Shown here piece after piece: positions 11,801-23,374 of a stretch of DNA of 64,000 bases (the first letter of the stretch is position 1; each line of letters begins with the position of its first letter). The stretch is from Candidatus Krumholzibacteriota bacterium (lineage in GTDB: Bacteria; Krumholzibacteriota; Krumholzibacteriia; JAJRXK01), in the NCBI GenBank assembly GCA_963727455.1, contig CAVSGG010000006.1:32001-96000 (forward strand), given 5' to 3'. The notes under the pieces are model-generated. The model was not told where the DNA came from and searched no databases. It saw only the letters and a program-made list of their open reading frames with translations. Position numbers and translations under genes: made by a program.

Positions 11801-12258
11801 ACCAAGGTGGCTTCCGCAAGGTTGACATCACCTTCCCGTACGATCCTCTGTACATTCGTGACCAGTTCACGAATCCCGAATCGACGGGTCCGAACACTGC
11901 TCGGGCTTATCTGTTCGGTGAGATTCTCGGTGCTTTCGGTAAGCCGACTGGAACGGCGACTGGCGCTGGCGTGCTTCCCAAGAAGCTCGTCGTGAGCCAG
12001 AACTACCCGAACCCGTTCAACCCCAGCACGACCATCAAGTACTCGATGCCGCTCCGTGGACAGGTCAGCATCAATGTGTACAACTTGCGTGGTGCTTTGG
12101 TTACGACTCTGGTCGATGGCGTCCAGGATGCCGGCGATCACAGCGTGATCTGGAACGGTAAGGACACCCGCGGCGCGTCCGTGTCCACCGGTATTTACCT
12201 GTACAAGGTGAAGACCCAGGATTCGGAGGTCGTGAAGAAGATGGCTCTGATCAAGTAA
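8866..12258 (+). CDS. Large secreted protein (~1130 aa) with C-terminal FlgD-Ig/T9SS-type sorting domain
   Basis: GGAGG RBS; signal peptide MKRISILALCLFLAVFGVSAAFA; C-terminus SQNYPNPFNPSTTIKY...VYNLRGALVTTLVDG...WNGKD...STGIYLY; rich in D/N/G/T. Confidence 0.85.
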   Translation: MKRISILALCLFLAVFGVSAAFANNGGNDGPLKYAAQDGKQISQVFTGVNDGLSKASTDTFYLYGGPPSFADPNVHASVSPWPQGMFQTFLAGGSPQTQGWTSEDLTEPPVRWHGSTINAEASLNGLVDSLFTGNPLTNQAVISHHEAATAVDYTGYGNLWKDWLVFDYDMNQVAGWNNTLAANVQLTAEYKCDLESCCDFLQFEWYSASTGWNTVAALDVQTFDGTQYNARLFDSDDPAQDGVAGGIVYQPADYDSDHIRLRIQVNSDSGWSDEDGRPSAGRGGAMVDNINVSVNGNLVSNADWEGATIVDQPEGDISGLNNGAVPGSAGWTPTPSTFNGDFSKVIAAFVEGDIDVCRENNTPQLAFINNGSGANNSPTPVPASVGSTTYGIPSGPGAGTVFEYQGGLLPAGDGGVYNKWISPVIDVAQGQPATNGGFWMGYTIWSDLPLFPNLIFWRWSVRSHDPVSGGWSPWQDCPYHYYGPSSSWGNGVLSITDKIVANADSVQVSFMGRDAAVAFTGGPSTDATPAPEFDNVWVKRFEIGGPAITVPANSLFNDGFPSNGTTTSAVRFDPGANIGGTGSTTVNYVPQDSLAVNVVCIIPGSSLPDFGKMYVAHLQNPVYDQTDRAAGAADVNNYAMAGTSTDAAHNGWPIYTYDVDGQQCTLNGSVVPDQYFFDLPDGLGYGLYQHADEDSLIFPGDVVHYYLEFQDDQPTPGVSRTVADISDFLDFSLTTTYNRQWTMRALPTVDGSGGQPGLLWWNDVDSRGNDNEILLGFAQNGLLEGRDYDTYVTKGASSGMGNGLGSAGEHGATAGQLSGYDCLFYTMQNLTEPALSNGNKGVNGNDWSDDVTLLTTWHNQSADRFSAYFGENFAQAMDNQLNGAFLSNVLGVQFNNGDLNNGHNLDDQVAALVKPTGNGNSAGFFVTNYSPYGGCLAINDWDDISPVGGAVVAHEFTDPTGNFYTPTSRNASIYWDRDQGGFRKVDITFPYDPLYIRDQFTNPESTGPNTARAYLFGEILGAFGKPTGTATGAGVLPKKLVVSQNYPNPFNPSTTIKYSMPLRGQVSINVYNLRGALVTTLVDGVQDAGDHSVIWNGKDTRGASVSTGIYLYKVKTQDSEVVKKMALIK

Positions 12259-12279
12259 TCAGATCCACTTCCGTTTGGA

Positions 12280-12315
12280 GGCCGGTCGGGCATTGCCCGG
12301 CCGGCCTTTTCTTTT
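12280..12315 (+). terminator. Intrinsic terminator
   Basis: GGCCGGTCGGGC-ATT-GCCCGGCCGGCC followed by TTTTCTTTT. Confidence 0.85.
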
Positions 12316-12376
12316 GTCCCCACGAGGTGCACACTGTCCAGGCAAACTTCTCACAACCCGGATGGAGTCACGCCAG

Positions 12377-13821
12377 ATGGACAAGGACGAGTACCTGGGA
12401 GATTTTTCCCCCGAAGAACTCACCCGGTATCTTCAAGCCACCGCGGAGTGGATCGGGGACTATTTCGCCAAGATCGAAGAGCAGGAGGTCTTTCCCCAGA
12501 TCGAGCCCGGCGATTTCACCCGACAGCTTCCCTCCAAACCTCCCACCAAGGGAGAGGACATGGAGGAGATCCTCGCGGACTTCGCACGCCTGATTCCGCC
12601 CGCCACCACGCACTGGAATCATCCGAATTTCCACGCCTGGTTCGCCAACACCGGGAGCGCTCCGGGAATCGTGGCGGAAACTCTCTCCGCCGCGCTCAAC
12701 AACAATGCAATGGTGTGGAGGAGTGGCCCGGCCTCGACCGAAATGGAGCTCGTGGTATGCGATTGGCTGCGCCAGATGCTGGGTCTACCGGACGGTCTCT
12801 TCGGCATGATCCACGACACCGCGAGCGTGGCGGTCGTCGCGACTCTGCCGCCGCGCGCCATCGCGCCACGCGAGGTGAGGTCCGCGAAAAGGGATTGCGC
12901 GGTCTTCCGCAACTTCGGGTTTACGCGAGCGAGGAAGCGCACTCCTCGGTGGAGCGGGCCGCCATCGTCTTGGGACTGGGCAGTAAGAACGTGGTGAAGA
13001 TCGCGGCCGACCGCGAGTTCCGCATGATCCCCGGGGCCCTGGAAGAAGCCATCGCCCAGGACAGGAAAGCGGGCTTCGTGCCCATGGCGGTGGTCGCCAC
13101 CGTGGGCACCACGGGAACGACCAGTATCGATCCCGTCGCCCAGATCGCCCCCTTGTGCAAAGAAGGCGAAGTGTGGCTGCACGTCGACGCGGCTTACGGC
13201 GGCGCGATGGCCACGATCCCGCAGTACCGTTGGGTACTCGACGGCTGCGAGCACGCCGATTCCCTGGTGGTGAACCCGCACAAGTGGCTCTTTGTCCCCA
13301 TGGATTGCAGCGTTCTCTTTTGCAAGAACGCCGAGGATCTCCGAAGGACATTCTCGCTGGTTCCATCTTACCTGGAGACGCCGGAGGACAAGATCGCCAG
13401 AAACCTCACCGACTACGGCCCCGCCATGGGCCGCCGCTTCCGCGCTCTGAAGTTGTGGATGGTGATGCGGGCCTACGGGAGCGAGGGCATCGCCGCTCGC
13501 GTGAACTATCACCTCCAACTCGCGCGGGAACTGCAGGATTGGATCGCAAGGGCCGAGAACTGGGAGCAGCTCGCTCCGGCGCCCATGAGTACCGTGCTCT
13601 TCCGCCACCATCCCCGAGGGTTGAGCGACGAAGAGGCGCTCGAGAGGCACAACCGGTCCGTCCTGGAGGAGATCAATCGCTCGGGACAGGCCTTTCTCTC
13701 GCACACGATCGTGAGGGGATCCTTCGCGCTGCGGCTGGCCATCGGAAACCTGCGCACTCAACGAAGCCATCTTCTGGCGACCTGGCGGCTCATCCAAGAG
13801 GTGGCAAGCCGTACTCCGTGA
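12377..13821 (+). CDS. Group II PLP-dependent (aromatic L-amino acid-type) decarboxylase, frameshifted near 12847
   Basis: THWNHPNFHAWF and SGPASTEME in ORF 12275..12997; continues in ORF 12448..13821 with AHSSVER, GTTGTTSIDP, WLHVDAAYGG, NPHKWL (PLP Lys), GRRFRALKLW. Confidence 0.88.
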
Positions 13822-13925
13822 GGGCGGCGGCGTTGCGCGGCCTTCGAGCTTTTGGATCCCTCGAGAGAGTGATACCCTCGGGATTCGCAGCCCGTCACCA
13901 CCGACTGGAAAGGAATGCGAGAGTC

Positions 13926-16013
13926 ATGCGTCAGTCTTCTCTTCGGACCGCATTGTGGATGGCATTGTCCCTCTTGATCATCTCGGCCATGCCGAGTCTC
14001 GCCGAACCCCTCAGCCCCGAACAGGTTGCCAATACGAAGTTGGTGGGCGAGGTCGAGGTTTCGCCGAGCGGCATTGATGTGGCCTACACACTCACCGTTC
14101 CGCGAATTCCTTTCGCAGATGACGACGGCCCGGCCTGGGTCGAGCTGCACGTACTCGACACACGCGACGGAAGCACGCGCCCCTACGTGGCAGGTCATGT
14201 GAGGGTCTCTGAGCCACAGTGGATTCTGGGACGGCGTGAGATCGCCTTTCTTGCCAAGCGCGAGGGCGACGAGACGACCAGCCTCTATGTCATTCCGCTA
14301 GATGGCGGCGAGGCTCAGCGTGTCCTCACGCACGAAACCAACATCCAATCCTACGCTTTCAACGGGGACGCATCGCGCGTGGCCTTCTTGGCCGAGGACC
14401 CGAAACCCAAACGACAAGAGGAACTGAAGAAGAAGGGAATCGCTCCGGAGATCTACGAGGAAGATCTGCGTTACACGCACGTCTACGTGGCCCCCTACGA
14501 TCCCGCGACCCGAACGGCAGGAGAAGCCAAGGAGTTGCCCGTGCAAGGGGACCTCTCGCTTCTGCGCTACAGTCCGGTGGACGAGCGGCTAGTCGTGGCC
14601 ATCGCGCCCACCCCTTTGATCGACGATCACTACATGAAGCGGCGCATTCGTATCGTGGACGCAAATACCGGCGAGATTCTGCAAAAGATCGAGAACCCGG
14701 GAAAGGTCGGCGAGGTAAAGTGGAGTCCGGACGGGACGCATCTGGCCATGATTCTCGCCAGTGATCTGCACGATCCCGCGCCGGGACGCTTGATGCTCGC
14801 CGACGCGAGCAGCGGGGAGTACAGCGATCTCCTTCCCGGACTGTTCGATACGGGCCAAGTCAATTCGATCGCCTGGAAGAGCACGCACGAAATCCTCTAC
14901 CTGGCCTCCAAAGGCGTGTGGACGCAGCTGGGGGAGGTCGGCCTGGACGGAAAGTTTAGAATTCTCGTCGATACCGGAGGGCCGATTCTGCACGGGGTGA
15001 AGGCTTCGAGCGATGGGAAGACCGTGGCCTTCACGGGGGATTCTCCCACCTTCCCGCGCGAGCTCTTCCTCATGGATCGCGGACACCGAAAGCCGACCCG
15101 GATGACCGAGTCGAACCCCTGGCTCGACGCAGTCGATCTGGCGCGACAAGAGGTGGTGCACTACGCCGCACGCGACAGCCAGGAAATAGAGGGCGTGCTC
15201 GTACATCCGCTGCACGAAAAGGCGGGACAGCGATATCCGCTGGTACTTTACGTCCACGGGGGTCCCGAATCGCATCATTCGAACGGCTGGGTGACTCGCT
15301 ACGTGAATCCGGGCCAGGTGCTGGCCGGACGCGACATGGCGGTGCTCATGCTCAATTACCGGGGCAGCACCGGATACGGGGTGCCCTTCTCCAAGGCTGA
15401 TCACGGAGATTTTGCCGGAGCGGAGTTCAACGACCTGGTCGACGGAGTCGATCACTTCGTCGCGGCCGGATTGGTCGACGAGGACAGGGTGGGAGTGACC
15501 GGAGGTTCCTACGGCGGTTACGCCACCGCGTGGCTGTGCACCCGCTATACGGACCACTTCGCGGCCGGTGTGATGTTCGCGGGGATCAGTGACAACATTT
15601 CCAAGTTCGGCACCAGTGACATTCCCGAGGAGATGTACCTGGTGCACCAGCGCAAGCGCACCTTCGACGACTGGGATTTCTTCCTGGAACGCAGTCCCAT
15701 CTACTATGCGGGACAGGCCAAGACCCCGCTTCTGATCGTGCACGGCAAGGACGATCCGCGCGTGAACGTGGGGCAGGCCCGTGAGCTGTACCGCCACATC
15801 AAGACGCGCACCAAGACCCCGGTGCGTCTGGTTCTGTATCCCGGCGAGGGGCACGGCAACAGAAAGTGCGCCGCGCGCTACGACTACAACCTGAGGATGC
15901 TGCGCTGGCTCACGAGCTATCTGGGCAAGGGCGCGCACTCCGAGCCGCCCACGCAAGTGGAGTACCCGCTCGAGCCGCAGCCCGCAGCGGAGATGCAGGG
16001 CGCGCAGCAGTAG
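13926..16013 (+). CDS. Secreted S9 family (prolyl oligopeptidase/acylaminoacyl) peptidase
   Basis: Signal peptide, beta-propeller repeats, VHGGP, NYRGSTGYG, GGSYGG, HGKDDPRV, YPGEGHG. Confidence 0.92.
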   Translation: MRQSSLRTALWMALSLLIISAMPSLAEPLSPEQVANTKLVGEVEVSPSGIDVAYTLTVPRIPFADDDGPAWVELHVLDTRDGSTRPYVAGHVRVSEPQWILGRREIAFLAKREGDETTSLYVIPLDGGEAQRVLTHETNIQSYAFNGDASRVAFLAEDPKPKRQEELKKKGIAPEIYEEDLRYTHVYVAPYDPATRTAGEAKELPVQGDLSLLRYSPVDERLVVAIAPTPLIDDHYMKRRIRIVDANTGEILQKIENPGKVGEVKWSPDGTHLAMILASDLHDPAPGRLMLADASSGEYSDLLPGLFDTGQVNSIAWKSTHEILYLASKGVWTQLGEVGLDGKFRILVDTGGPILHGVKASSDGKTVAFTGDSPTFPRELFLMDRGHRKPTRMTESNPWLDAVDLARQEVVHYAARDSQEIEGVLVHPLHEKAGQRYPLVLYVHGGPESHHSNGWVTRYVNPGQVLAGRDMAVLMLNYRGSTGYGVPFSKADHGDFAGAEFNDLVDGVDHFVAAGLVDEDRVGVTGGSYGGYATAWLCTRYTDHFAAGVMFAGISDNISKFGTSDIPEEMYLVHQRKRTFDDWDFFLERSPIYYAGQAKTPLLIVHGKDDPRVNVGQARELYRHIKTRTKTPVRLVLYPGEGHGNRKCAARYDYNLRMLRWLTSYLGKGAHSEPPTQVEYPLEPQPAAEMQGAQQ

Positions 16014-16130
16014 GTCTGAAGCACGCGGAAGCGTGAAATCTTGAACCCGGGCAGGGATCGTCTTACTCTGCTCGGGTTCTCCGTGAACGTTCGATGATCT
16101 CCTTTCCTCCAACCACTCTGGGAGCTGAAG

Positions 16131-18197
<2,067 letters not shown>

Positions 18198-18202
18198 TTT
18201 GC

Positions 18203-18433
18203 AAGAGCCCTCCTTCGCAGGAGCGGAGGGGCGCTTCTGTGCCCTGAGATAGAAGAGGCCCATCATCGGAGCCGAGGCTAAGCCGCGCCAAAGCGCGCGG
18301 AACCGCCTCTACACTCCGATGATGGGCCTCTTCCTACCCATTCCGCACAGCGAAGCCTCTCCGCTTCTGCGATGGAGGGCTCTTTCCTCCTTGTTCCGCG
18401 CGGTTCAGCCTCGGCTCCGATCGTGAGCCTCTC
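18203..18433. repeat. Structured REP/BIME-like element, copy A (nested inverted repeats plus one extra unit)
   Basis: Perfect 20-bp inverted repeat at 18252-18271/18314-18333; outer inverted repeat at 18203-18228/18359-18384 (24/26); homologous to the reverse complement of 21045-21210. Confidence 0.8.
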
Positions 18434-18607
18434 GCTTGTCTTTCGATCTCGAGAGCACCACCTGGCCCAGCAAGGCGATCCCAAGAAACCTGCGCAAGGG
18501 ACTTGTTCTCAACCACTTTGGACTGGCAACCCGTGTCCTGACCTGCGTACAATGAGCTCGCATGGTCCCCGGTTCCCTCCCTTTCAACGAGTAGTTTCGA
18601 GGCGCAT

Positions 18608-21040
18608 GTGATCGGAGAGACCCTCGCTCACTACACGATTACCGGCCAGCTCGGTCGGGGCGGCATGGGCGAGGTCTATCGCGCCCGGGACACCCGGCTC
18701 GACCGTGACGTTGCGCTGAAGATCCTCCCCGCCGAGTTCGCCGCCGACCCGTCCCGCCTGGAACGCTTCGAGCGCGAGGCGAAGACCGTCGCGGGGCTGA
18801 ATCACCCACACATCGTGCACATGTACTCGGTCGAGGAGGACCGGGGCATTCGCTTTTTGACGATGGAACTCGTGGAGGGCCGGAGCCTCGACGAAGGCCT
18901 CCCAACGGACGGTCTTCCCCTCTCCCAGGTCTTCGAGATCGGCATCGCTATCGCCGATGCCCTGGCCTCGGCTCACGCGAAGGGTATCGTCCACCGGGAC
19001 CTCAAACCGGCCAACGTCATGATGACCGAGGATGGTCGTGTGAAGGTTCTGGACTTTGGTCTGGCCAAGGTCGCCCAAGACACCTCGGGATCGGACGTCG
19101 ACGCCACCGAGATCGCGGGCCTGACCCAGCTGGGTGCGGTCATGGGAACGGTGCCCTACATGTCGCCGGAGCAGTTGCGGGGACAAACCGTCGACAGCCG
19201 CAGCGACATCTTCTCGCTCGGCACCCTCCTTTACGAGCTCGCCGCGGGCAGACGGCCCTTCGTCGGAGTGAGCAACGCCGACGTGACCTCAGCCATCCTG
19301 CGGGAGACTCCGCAGCTGCTGACCGAACTCAAGCCCGAGTTGCCGGGTCCGTTGAGTCGGATCGTGATGCGCTGCCTGGAGAAAGAGCAGGACAACCGCT
19401 ATCAGTCTGCCCTCGACATCCGCAACGATTTGCGAGAGCTGCGCCGGGAGGTGGACTCCGGAGTCAGTCGCTCCAGCAGTTGGATGTCGGAAACGGAGCC
19501 GGTGACGCGCGGCGCGCGCGTACGGTGGTGGATGGCCGTCTCTGCCGTCGCCTTGGTCTTCGTTGCGGCGTTTATTTTCCTGGAGGGTCGCGGTAAACAG
19601 ACCCCGGCCACGGAGCCCGTCCCGACGCCGCCCGCGCCGCCGGAGCAATCGATCGCGGTATTGCCGTTCGCGGACCTGTCTCCCCAGCAGGACAAGGAAT
19701 ACTTCTCCGATGGTATCGCGGAGGAACTTTTGAATCTGCTGGCGAGGGTGCATGGACTCAAGGTCACGGCGCGCACGTCGTCCTTCTCGTTCAAGGGAAA
19801 AGAGGTTGAGGTTCCGGAGATCGGGCGCCAGCTCGGGGTGTCCCACGTTCTCGAAGGGTCGGTGCGCATGGCTGGCGACCGGGTACGGATCACCGCGCAG
19901 CTGATCCAGACCGCGGACGGTTTCCAGGTCTGGTCACAGAACTGGGATCGCACACTCGACGACATCTTTGCGATCCAGGATGAAATCGCGGGCGAGGTCG
20001 TGAAGGAACTGAAAGTGACACTCCTGGGCGATGCGCCGAAGGTGCGCGCGACCGATCCGAAGGCCTACGCACTGTATCTACAGGCGGTGCAACTCGCAGG
20101 AATGCGCAGTGCCGGCGGATTCGCCCAGTCCGACTCCTTGTATCGCGCAGCGCTGGCCATCGATCCCGATTATGCGCCGGCGTGGGTCAACCTGGCGGGG
20201 AACCTCGTCAACGAGGTCTTCCTCGGGTTGAGCAGCGCCGATGAAGGATTTCCGCGCGCCCAAGAGGCCGCGAACAAGGCCCTTGCGATCGACCAGGAGT
20301 CGGCCGACGCCCACGGAGCCCTGGGCAGCATCGCCGTGGGCGAGGGCAAACTCGTCGACGCCGCCATGCATTTCAAGCGGGCCCTCGAACTCGATCCGGC
20401 GTCTCCGACCGTTCTGGGAAACAGCTCCGCGCTGCTCAAGTCCCTGGGGAGACTCGACGACGCGATCGCGCTCGACGAAGAAGCCGTCCGTCTCGATCCG
20501 ATCAACACCGCGTGGTTATTCAATCTGGCCGCTGCCAAGCACTGGGCCGGCCACGAAGACGAGGCGATCGCACTCTTTCGCACCGTGCTCAGTCTCAGTC
20601 CGGGATTCGGCGGGGCGCACCTCCTACTCGGCGAGGCACTGCTTGCAAAAGGTGATGCGGAAGCGGCGCTAACGGAGTTCAAACAGGAACAGTACGAGCT
20701 GTACCGCATGATCGGTTTGCCGCTGGCGTATCACGACCTGGGACGCGACGACGAGTTCCAGAGTGCACTCGACGAACTCGTTACCAAACTCGGTCCGGTG
20801 TCGCCCTACGACGCCGGCTCGGTGTTCGCTTACTGCGGCGATACGGATCGCGCATTCGAGTGGCTCGGCAAGTCCGTCGCGGCTAACGATGGCGGATCAC
20901 TGCTCATCCTCGTGGACAGTCTCTACAAGAGCGTCCACTCTGACCCGCGCTGGCTGCCGCTCCTGCGCAAACTCGGCAAGGCGCCCGAGCAGGTTGACAA
21001 GATCCAGTTCAAGGTGACGCTTCCGAGCTCGGAGTCATGA
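18608..21040 (+). CDS. Hanks-type Ser/Thr kinase with TM helix, TolB-N-like domain and TPR repeats
   Basis: LGRGGMGEVY, VALK, HRDLKPAN, DFGLAK, GTVPYMSPEQ; TM WWMAVSAVALVFVAAFIFL; SIAVLPFADLS...YFSDGIAEEL; TPRs. Confidence 0.93.
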   Translation: MIGETLAHYTITGQLGRGGMGEVYRARDTRLDRDVALKILPAEFAADPSRLERFEREAKTVAGLNHPHIVHMYSVEEDRGIRFLTMELVEGRSLDEGLPTDGLPLSQVFEIGIAIADALASAHAKGIVHRDLKPANVMMTEDGRVKVLDFGLAKVAQDTSGSDVDATEIAGLTQLGAVMGTVPYMSPEQLRGQTVDSRSDIFSLGTLLYELAAGRRPFVGVSNADVTSAILRETPQLLTELKPELPGPLSRIVMRCLEKEQDNRYQSALDIRNDLRELRREVDSGVSRSSSWMSETEPVTRGARVRWWMAVSAVALVFVAAFIFLEGRGKQTPATEPVPTPPAPPEQSIAVLPFADLSPQQDKEYFSDGIAEELLNLLARVHGLKVTARTSSFSFKGKEVEVPEIGRQLGVSHVLEGSVRMAGDRVRITAQLIQTADGFQVWSQNWDRTLDDIFAIQDEIAGEVVKELKVTLLGDAPKVRATDPKAYALYLQAVQLAGMRSAGGFAQSDSLYRAALAIDPDYAPAWVNLAGNLVNEVFLGLSSADEGFPRAQEAANKALAIDQESADAHGALGSIAVGEGKLVDAAMHFKRALELDPASPTVLGNSSALLKSLGRLDDAIALDEEAVRLDPINTAWLFNLAAAKHWAGHEDEAIALFRTVLSLSPGFGGAHLLLGEALLAKGDAEAALTEFKQEQYELYRMIGLPLAYHDLGRDDEFQSALDELVTKLGPVSPYDAGSVFAYCGDTDRAFEWLGKSVAANDGGSLLILVDSLYKSVHSDPRWLPLLRKLGKAPEQVDKIQFKVTLPSSES

Positions 21041-21044
21041 GATC

Positions 21045-21210
21045 GCCCTTTCACGAACTCGAGGCTTCGCTGTGCGGAAAGCGTAGGAAAAGGCCCTCCA
21101 TGTGAGCGGAGTGGCGGTTCCGCGCGCTTTGGCGCGGCTAAGCCACGAGCTCAGATGGAGGGCCTTTACCCTCTCAGGGCGCAGAAGCGCCTCTCCAATC
21201 GTGAAAAGGC
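21045..21210. repeat. Structured REP/BIME-like element, copy B (inverted relative to copy A)
   Basis: 27-mer at 21113-21139 = reverse complement of 18281-18307; 19-mer at 21061-21079 = reverse complement of 18341-18359; has its own internal stems. Confidence 0.8.
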
Positions 21211-21282
21211 GCCCCTATCAGTGTCTTGTTGCGCGGCCGAACTCCCTTATACTCTTCAGAAGATCTGCAACCGGGAGTTGCC

Positions 21283-21702
21283 ATGCGGCAGGAGCTCACC
21301 GAGTTCACGCTCACAACACAGGGCAAGAAGATGCTCGACTTTACCGAGGAAGTACGGGCCTGGGTCAAGTCGACCGGAGTGCGGCAGGGTCTGCTCACCC
21401 TGCAAATTCAGCACACCTCGGCCTCCCTGCTGGTGCAAGAGAACTACGATCCCACCGTGCAATCCGATCTCGAGCGCTTCTTGGCGCGGCTGGTCCCCGA
21501 CGGGGATCCCATCTTCCAGCACACCATCGAAGGCCCGGATGACATGCCGGCCCACGTCCGCAGCGCGCTCACCAGCACCACTCTCAGTCTGCCGGTCGAT
21601 GAGGGGGCGCCCACTCTGGGCACCTGGCAGGCCATCTATCTCTGCGAGCACCGTTCGCAGGGACACACCCGGCGCATCCGCGCGCACCTCCTTGGAGAGT
21701 GA
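21283..21702 (+). CDS. yjbQ: UPF0047 / YjbQ family protein
   Basis: HTSASLLVQENYDPTV, H..EGPDDMPAHVRS, LGTWQAIYLCEHR. Confidence 0.9.
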   Translation: MRQELTEFTLTTQGKKMLDFTEEVRAWVKSTGVRQGLLTLQIQHTSASLLVQENYDPTVQSDLERFLARLVPDGDPIFQHTIEGPDDMPAHVRSALTSTTLSLPVDEGAPTLGTWQAIYLCEHRSQGHTRRIRAHLLGE

Positions 21703-21705
21703 TCG

Positions 21706-22884
21706 ATGAAGGCCCAGGACCACGGGCTTTCGCGCGAGGAGATGCGCCGCTACGGGCGTCATCTCGTTCTGCCCGAGGTGGGACTCGAAGGACAGAACAA
21801 GCTCAAGGCCAGCAGCGTACTCGTGGTCGGCGCCGGCGGGCTCGGCTCTCCACTCGCCATTTACCTCGCAGCGGCCGGGGTGGGGCGCATCGGACTCGTC
21901 GACTTCGACACAGTGGAGATCTCCAATCTCCAGCGGCAGATTCTCTATACTGATGAGGATCTCGGCCACGCCAAACTCGACGCCGCAGTTCAGCATCTTC
22001 GGGGCATCAATCCGAATGTAGAGTTCATCAAGCATGCAGTGCGACTCTCCCGGGACAACGCACTGGAAATCCTCGCCTCCTACGATGTCATTGCCGACGG
22101 TTCGGACAACTTCGCCACCCGCTACCTGGTGAACGACGCCTGCGTGTTCCTGAAAAAACCGAACGTTCATGCCAGCATTCTGCGCTTCGAGGGACAGGCC
22201 TCGGTGTTCTGGACCGGTCACGGACCCTGCTACCGTTGCCTCTTCCCCGATCCACCGCCACCCGGAATGGTCGAGTCCTGCGCCGAGGGCGGGGTGCTCG
22301 GGGTGTTGCCGGGCATCATGGGCTCGATCCAGGGGATGGAGGTGATCAAGGTGATTCTCGCTATCGGAAGTCCCCTGATCGGACGGATGCTACTTTTTGA
22401 TGGCTTGCAGATGAACCTGCGAACCCTCAAGCTACAGCGCGATCCGAAGTGTCCGGTCTGTGGAGACGATCCGCGGATCACCGAGCTACTCGACTACGAT
22501 TCGATCTGTGGGATGCCGGTGGACCTGAGAGAGTCCGAGGCGAGCGAAACAAATGCCTCGGGTCCTCACGCCGACATTTCCGTGGACGAGCTGTTCGAGC
22601 GCCGGAAAGGTGAGAATCCTCCTTTGGTGCTGGACGTGCGGGAAGCTCAGGAACTCGAGATCTGCGCCCTGAAGGATGCCGTGCACATTCCTTTGGGACA
22701 GCTCGAGGCGCGTGTCGCGGAACTCGATCCGCGACGCGAAACGGTGCTTTTGTGTCACCACGGAATCCGTAGCGCGCACGCGGCTGCCTACTTGCGCCGG
22801 ACCGGTTTCCTCAACGCGCGAAATTTGGTGGGAGGAATCGAAGCCTGGGCAAAACGCATCGATCCCTCGATGGCACGTTATTAG
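21706..22884 (+). CDS. moeB: MoeB/MoeZ sulfur-carrier adenylyltransferase with C-terminal rhodanese domain
   Basis: RYGRHLVLPEVG, VVGAGGLGSP, SNLQRQ, GPCYRCLFP, CPVCG, rhodanese CHHGIRS. Confidence 0.93.
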   Translation: MKAQDHGLSREEMRRYGRHLVLPEVGLEGQNKLKASSVLVVGAGGLGSPLAIYLAAAGVGRIGLVDFDTVEISNLQRQILYTDEDLGHAKLDAAVQHLRGINPNVEFIKHAVRLSRDNALEILASYDVIADGSDNFATRYLVNDACVFLKKPNVHASILRFEGQASVFWTGHGPCYRCLFPDPPPPGMVESCAEGGVLGVLPGIMGSIQGMEVIKVILAIGSPLIGRMLLFDGLQMNLRTLKLQRDPKCPVCGDDPRITELLDYDSICGMPVDLRESEASETNASGPHADISVDELFERRKGENPPLVLDVREAQELEICALKDAVHIPLGQLEARVAELDPRRETVLLCHHGIRSAHAAAYLRRTGFLNARNLVGGIEAWAKRIDPSMARY

Positions 22885-22896
22885 GAGGCTTTAGAG

Positions 22897-23361
22897 ATGG
22901 CAAAGCGGCGCCTGGTTCGAAACGTGTTTCTCGCGCTCGTGGTCCTGCTCGTGCTTGCGCAGTTCATCCGGCCGGACCTGAGCAATCCGCCGGCGCCGGA
23001 TTCCAACGACATGATCCACCTCGTCTCACCTCCTCCAGAAGTGGCCAGCATGCTGCAGCGCTCGTGCTATGATTGCCACAGTCACCGCACCCGCTGGCCC
23101 TGGTACGCCCACGTGGCCCCGGCCTCCTGGCTGGTGACGCACGACGTCAACGAGGCGCGTCACCACATGAACTTCTCGCTCTGGGGCGACTACACCCAGG
23201 GAGCGGCGCGCCACAAGCTCCAGGAGGCCCAGGAACAGATTCACGAAGGTGAAATGCCGCTCTGGTATTATCTTCCGCTGCACCCGAAGGCGCGTCTCAG
23301 CGCGGCCGAGAAGGCGGCGTTCCAATCCTGGGTGGACAGCCTGACCGCGAATAAAGAGTGA
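22897..23361 (+). CDS. Haem-binding domain protein (c-type CxxCH)
   Basis: N-terminal anchor, RSCYDCHS, WPWYAHVAPASW, GEMPLWYY..LHP.ARLS. Confidence 0.85.
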   Translation: MAKRRLVRNVFLALVVLLVLAQFIRPDLSNPPAPDSNDMIHLVSPPPEVASMLQRSCYDCHSHRTRWPWYAHVAPASWLVTHDVNEARHHMNFSLWGDYTQGAARHKLQEAQEQIHEGEMPLWYYLPLHPKARLSAAEKAAFQSWVDSLTANKE

Positions 23362-23374
23362 AAATTAGGGCCCG

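Noticed and set aside
8959-12141. 1060-aa antisense ORF (also 6433..8400, 3052..4440, 14589..16112, 16932..18266 and others)
   Set aside because: Shadows of well-supported genes caused by GC/codon bias; no motifs of their own.
13155-13925. N-terminal extension of the S9 peptidase ORF (also extended starts for 24596, 45674, 63152 and 33240)
   Set aside because: Overlaps upstream genes or lacks an RBS; true starts are downstream at signal peptides or conserved N-termini.
18203-18433. CRISPR array or integron attC sites
   Set aside because: Units are degenerate and inverted, with no unique spacers, cas genes, integrase or RYYYAAC/GTTRRRY ends.
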